Translations under genes and position numbers: made by a program
Notes under the pieces: model-generated
What the model saw: only the letters and a program-made list of their open reading frames with translations
Told to the model about the DNA's origin: nothing
Database searches by the model: none
In this document: positions 6,861 to 10,047 of the stretch, piece after piece
How positions within the stretch are numbered: the first letter of the stretch is position 1
Layout of the letters: each line of letters opens with the position of its first letter
Origin: Acidobacteriota bacterium
GTDB taxonomy: Bacteria; Acidobacteriota; UBA6911; JACQSX01
NCBI GenBank assembly: GCA_036507075.1
Contig: DASXQR010000034.1
Coordinates: forward strand, 1 to 10,047
Reading direction: 5' to 3'
DNA length: 10,047 nt

Positions 6861-7840
6861 CTCTTCCGCAGACGAACCTCTTCGGGCGGGAATTCCATCC
6901 TCACGGCAACCGCCTTTGCCCCGTAGTCTTCGTCTCTTTGAGAAGAGTAGGCAATCATCTCTGCCAGCAGGCCGAAAAAGATGAACTGGATTCCAATAAT
7001 GATCAAAACAATCCCGAGCAGAAATGCGGGACGCTGTGAAAGCCACCACAATCCCTGAAACCAGCCGATGGTCAGGTAAGTTTCAATCAGCACTCCGATG
7101 GTCGCGAGCAGCACGCCCAACACGCCAAACGCGTGAAGCGGTTTTCGATTGTACCGGGTGAGCATGATGACGGTAAGCAGATCGAAAAAGCCGCCCATGA
7201 AACGGCCCGCGCCATAATGGGAGCGGCCGTGTCGACGCGCAGCATGCGATACGGCGACTTCACCCACGCGAAATCCGCGGTAGCTTGCGAGCACGGGAAT
7301 GTAGCGGTGCATTTCGCCCTGCACTTTTACTTCCTCAATCACTTCGCGCCGGTACGCTTTCAGGCCGCAGTTGAAATCGTGAATCCGAATTCCCGTCAGC
7401 CTGGCGGTCACCCAGTTAAAAATTCGCGACGGGATGGTCTTGGTCAGAGGATCCTTGCGATCCCGCTTCCAGCCGGACACCAGGTCCAAACTTTCGCGCT
7501 CCATCAGATCGAGCAGCCTGGGAATCTCTTCGGGTTGATCCTGAAGATCGGAATCGATAGTAACGATTATCTTGCCGCGCGCTTCCCGAAATCCGACGGA
7601 AAGCGCCGCAGTCTTTCCAAAGTTGCGCCTTAGCCTTATATACCGCGTGTTCGCATCGCAGAATGATGACAGGATGGCACGGGTATCATCAGAACTGCCG
7701 TCATCTACAAAAATAAGCTCGTAGCTGGAAGATGGCTGGAGAACTCTCTCGATTCGTTCCCGCAGCTCTTTTAGAGACCGCGCCTCGTTATAGCAAGGCA
7801 CGATAATAGAGATTTCCGGAACGACGCTGGCACGGTCCAT
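6857..7840 (-). CDS. Membrane-anchored GT2, ArnC/GtrB-like polyprenyl-phosphate glycosyltransferase, 327 aa
   Basis: SIIVPCYNE, IFVDDGSSDDT, RRNFGKTAAL..G, TIDSDLQDQPEEIP, DLVSGWK..RKDP, HDFNCGLKAYRREV and GEMHRYIP. Two C-terminal hydrophobic helices ending in GIQFIFFGLLAEMI. Confidence 0.92.
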   Translation of the reverse strand: MDRASVVPEISIIVPCYNEARSLKELRERIERVLQPSSSYELIFVDDGSSDDTRAILSSFCDANTRYIRLRRNFGKTAALSVGFREARGKIIVTIDSDLQDQPEEIPRLLDLMERESLDLVSGWKRDRKDPLTKTIPSRIFNWVTARLTGIRIHDFNCGLKAYRREVIEEVKVQGEMHRYIPVLASYRGFRVGEVAVSHAARRHGRSHYGAGRFMGGFFDLLTVIMLTRYNRKPLHAFGVLGVLLATIGVLIETYLTIGWFQGLWWLSQRPAFLLGIVLIIIGIQFIFFGLLAEMIAYSSQRDEDYGAKAVAVRMEFPPEEVRLRKR

Positions 7841-7846
7841 ATTTAA

Positions 7847-7882
7847 GTTACGGGTTTCGGGTTTGCGAGTTACGAGTTATGA
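7847..7882. repeat. Five degenerate heptamer units in the operon leader
   Basis: GTTACGG GTTTCGG GTTTGCGA GTTACGA GTTATGA, ending 6 nt upstream of the minus-strand ATG at 7840. Confidence 0.7.
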
Positions 7883-7897
7883 GGCGCCGGCCGATTC

Positions 7898-7903
7898 ATG
7901 ATA
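7898..7903 (-). promoter_or_regulatory. Possible -10 element (TATCAT) for the minus-strand operon
   Basis: 5/6 match to TATAAT in the divergent intergenic region. No convincing -35 at 16-18 bp spacing. Confidence 0.25.
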
Positions 7904-7963
7904 TTCAACTGGTCGCTGTAACAGTTAAGCTGGGACCGTTGGCTCTGCATGACCTCAATCGCA

Positions 7964-8048
7964 TTCACCGCAGAGCCGCAAAGTACGTCGAGTTTTCGCG
8001 GAGTCTATCTCTGCGCAACCTCGGCGGTCTCAGCGACTCTGCGGTGAA
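7964..8048. repeat. 85-bp imperfect palindrome (REP-like) built from CGCAGAG-type subunits
   Basis: Perfect 12-bp terminal inverted repeat TTCACCGCAGAG (7964-7975) / CTCTGCGGTGAA (8037-8048). Arms 7964-8003 and 8009-8048 match at 31/40 positions around a 5-nt loop. Confidence 0.85.
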
Positions 8049-8117
8049 ACAATGACCGTCCGGCACGCAACTAGTTCGGCCCATGGCCGGCTTTTTATTT
8101 TAACATAAGGCTGTTGG

Positions 8118-9950
8118 ATGAATCCGCTTACCCTTCAGCGCTTGCAGCGCTGGCTGTTATATCTGCTGGTCCTGGCGCTTCCGCTGGTGATTACACCTTC
8201 CGGGCGCGATATCTTTCGCGTTGGCAAAGAAGTCTTCGCCCAGATCGTGATCTGGATTTTCATCTGCCTGTTTACCGCCGAGTCTCTTCAGACCCGCCAG
8301 GTTCAACTTCCGCCGAGGACCCTGCTCTTTCCCCTGGCTGCGTTCTGCCTCTGGTGCGGGGCCGCTGTTTTCTGGTCAGCGGTGCGCCCGCTGGCGCTAT
8401 ATGCCTTTTGTAACCTGCTTCTGTTTTGCGCTTTCACGCTGATGCTGGTGCGGCTGATGAAGCCGGAAGTGTTTCGATTCCTTGTGGTTCTCAATCTGGG
8501 TCCCGCCGCTTTTACGGGCGCGTACACGATCGTTCAATATTTTGGCCGCGATCCGCTTCTGGTCACGCCGGAGGGCATGCCGCTGGCAGGCCGTCAGAAC
8601 GCGGGCGGACTGATCGGCGACGTGAACACGGCGGGCTGTTACCTCGCTGTTTCGCTGGTTCTCGGCATCAATGTTTTCTTCCTGGAGCAGTCCCGCATTA
8701 GAAAAGCCGGCGTGCTGCTTGCCTGTGTTCCAGTGCTGGCGGGTCTTCTCTTTACCCAAACCTTGACGGCTCTGGCGGCGGCGGCGCTGGGCGTGCTGGC
8801 GCTGTTTGTTCTCAACACCTGGCTGTTCGTGTTTGGACCCCAGCGAACGCACCGCAGGACATGGTTGGTTCTGCTTTCTGTGATGCTCATCTTCGCGGCC
8901 GGCGTCGCCCTGTTTGGCGTCAAGAGCTCAAGGTTTCACGCGCGGTTGGTCACGCTTTCCGAAGATTTCCGGCAGGGAAACTGGGCCAGGCTGACCTCGT
9001 ATCGCGCTCCCATTTTTTCCATCACCTGGAGAATGGCTCGCGAGCATCCGGTTTGGGGGCTCGGACTGCACTCATTTGAAACCGACTTTTACGACGCCAA
9101 GCTGCGCTACCTTCCGGGCGAGCGAATCACCATGGCGGGCAGTATCGAAAGCACCCACCGTCAAACTCACAACGAATATCTTCAGGTGTTGGCCGAAGTG
9201 GGAGCAATCGGGCTGTTGATATTGGCAGCCGGCCTGGCTGCGATCCTGTGGCGCGGCGTGAGAGGTATTTTCAAGAGCGCCGATTTCGAAAGATGCTGCC
9301 TCTTGATTGCCGCGACGGCAGGGCTCGTAACGCTGCTGGTTTCAGCGCTGAGCTTCTTTCCCGCTCATCTGGCCCTCACCTCGGTGTGGATCGCCCTGGT
9401 GATTGCGTCTGTAGCAGGTCTGGCTGAATCAGAGCCGGAAGCAGAACCGAGGCGCGACGAAAAGAAACAGGCCAGGCGACACAAAGCGGCGTTTTATTCA
9501 TGGAAGCCTCTGGCTGCCTGTTCCGCGGGGGCGTTGCTGGGAGCCTGGTTTCTCTCCGACCAGTTGACGGCTAACCGTTACGTGGGTGATGCCAATATCC
9601 TGATCGAGCAGGCTATGGCCGGCGCAGGATCGAACGAACGCTTCTACCTGGAGCAGAGCCTGCAGTTGCTGCGCTTTGCGCGGCGGAAGAACCAGCTTGA
9701 TTCGCAGATTTACCAGAGCGCGGGAACTGCCCACTGGTTTTTGGCGCAGTATGACCGCGCGTTGGAGAATTTCAGCTACGCGGCGCTGCTCGATCCATCT
9801 CCGGAAGCTTTCACAAATCTGGGAGAAACTTACCGGGCCCTTGGCCAGATGGACCTGGCTGACAGGTCCTTTCAGAAGGCGCTGGCGTACAACCCTGATT
9901 TCGAGAAAGCGAGAAATGCCAAGGCTCTGCTGGGGAAGAAAGGGTTGTGA
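8118..9950 (+). CDS. O-antigen ligase / O-oligosaccharyltransferase-like (Wzy_C) polytopic membrane protein with C-terminal TPRs, 610 aa
   Basis: Many hydrophobic helices. Motifs GLIGDVNTAGCYL, LFTQT, R..IFSITWRMAREHPVWGLGLHSF, QTHNEYLQVLAEVGAIG (His351, the position of the conserved WaaL/PglL histidine) and FFPAH. C-terminal TPR-like repeats (SAG...A...DP and NLG...A...NP). Confidence 0.85.
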   Translation: MNPLTLQRLQRWLLYLLVLALPLVITPSGRDIFRVGKEVFAQIVIWIFICLFTAESLQTRQVQLPPRTLLFPLAAFCLWCGAAVFWSAVRPLALYAFCNLLLFCAFTLMLVRLMKPEVFRFLVVLNLGPAAFTGAYTIVQYFGRDPLLVTPEGMPLAGRQNAGGLIGDVNTAGCYLAVSLVLGINVFFLEQSRIRKAGVLLACVPVLAGLLFTQTLTALAAAALGVLALFVLNTWLFVFGPQRTHRRTWLVLLSVMLIFAAGVALFGVKSSRFHARLVTLSEDFRQGNWARLTSYRAPIFSITWRMAREHPVWGLGLHSFETDFYDAKLRYLPGERITMAGSIESTHRQTHNEYLQVLAEVGAIGLLILAAGLAAILWRGVRGIFKSADFERCCLLIAATAGLVTLLVSALSFFPAHLALTSVWIALVIASVAGLAESEPEAEPRRDEKKQARRHKAAFYSWKPLAACSAGALLGAWFLSDQLTANRYVGDANILIEQAMAGAGSNERFYLEQSLQLLRFARRKNQLDSQIYQSAGTAHWFLAQYDRALENFSYAALLDPSPEAFTNLGETYRALGQMDLADRSFQKALAYNPDFEKARNAKALLGKKGL

Positions 9951-9966
9951 AGGGGAAGAAGGGAGC

Positions 9967-10013
9967 CGGCATCCGATCCGCGCGGCATCCGAACCGCGCG
10001 CGTAAGCAAGCGG
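9967..10013. repeat. 16-bp tandem duplication running into a GC-rich REP-like motif
   Basis: CGGCATCCGATCCGCG (9967-9982) and CGGCATCCGAACCGCG (9983-9998) are 15/16 identical. The second copy continues as CCGCGCGCGTAAGCAAGCGG (9994-10013), which has CCGC/GCGG ends. Confidence 0.55.
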
Positions 10014-10047
10014 ACACTGGATGCAGGACTTCTCATTAATCTGATGT

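Noticed and set aside
6861..7049. 63-aa N-terminal extension of the GT4 ORF in the ORF track
   Set aside because: It overlaps the well-supported GT2 C-terminus. The GT-B fold begins at MRVAQIG, and the ATG at 6860 gives a canonical ATGA coupling.
6857..7840. Assigning the symbol arnC and calling an L-Ara4N lipid A modification operon
   Set aside because: Although ugd and an ArnC-like GT2 are present, no arnA/arnB/arnD-like genes are in the window and the GT-C protein has TMTC-type motifs and TPRs rather than looking like ArnT.
517..9734. Numerous antisense or alternate-frame ORFs (e.g. 517-1050, 1054-1614, 4355-5017, 5628-6119, 7133-7633, 8397-8852)
   Set aside because: They are shadows of well-supported genes in GC-rich DNA and carry no recognisable domains.

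Overview
GC-rich bacterial window holding a cell-surface or protein glycosylation locus. A six-gene minus-strand operon runs from 7840 down to 559 and is mostly translationally coupled. It encodes, in order, a membrane-anchored ArnC/GtrB-like GT2, a GT4 glycosyltransferase, a TMTC-like GT-C transferase with a C-terminal TPR array, a soluble DPM1-like GT2, a Cys-rich class I SAM methyltransferase and a UDP-glucose 6-dehydrogenase. Divergent from it is an O-antigen-ligase/O-OTase-like (Wzy_C) membrane protein that also ends in TPRs (8118-9950). The most interesting hypothesis is a bacterial protein O-glycosylation system built around a TMTC-type transferase with its own lipid-phosphate-sugar donor synthases. 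The larger non-coding gaps and one gene junction carry short repeats: an inverted GTAG-type REP-like doublet (40-275), CACGTG-type hexamers (453-543), a heptamer tract inside the GT4 3' end (5677-5718), degenerate heptamers in the operon leader (7847-7882), an 85-bp imperfect palindrome (7964-8048) and a 16-bp duplication (9967-9998). All family assignments come from motifs recognised by eye; no searches were run.
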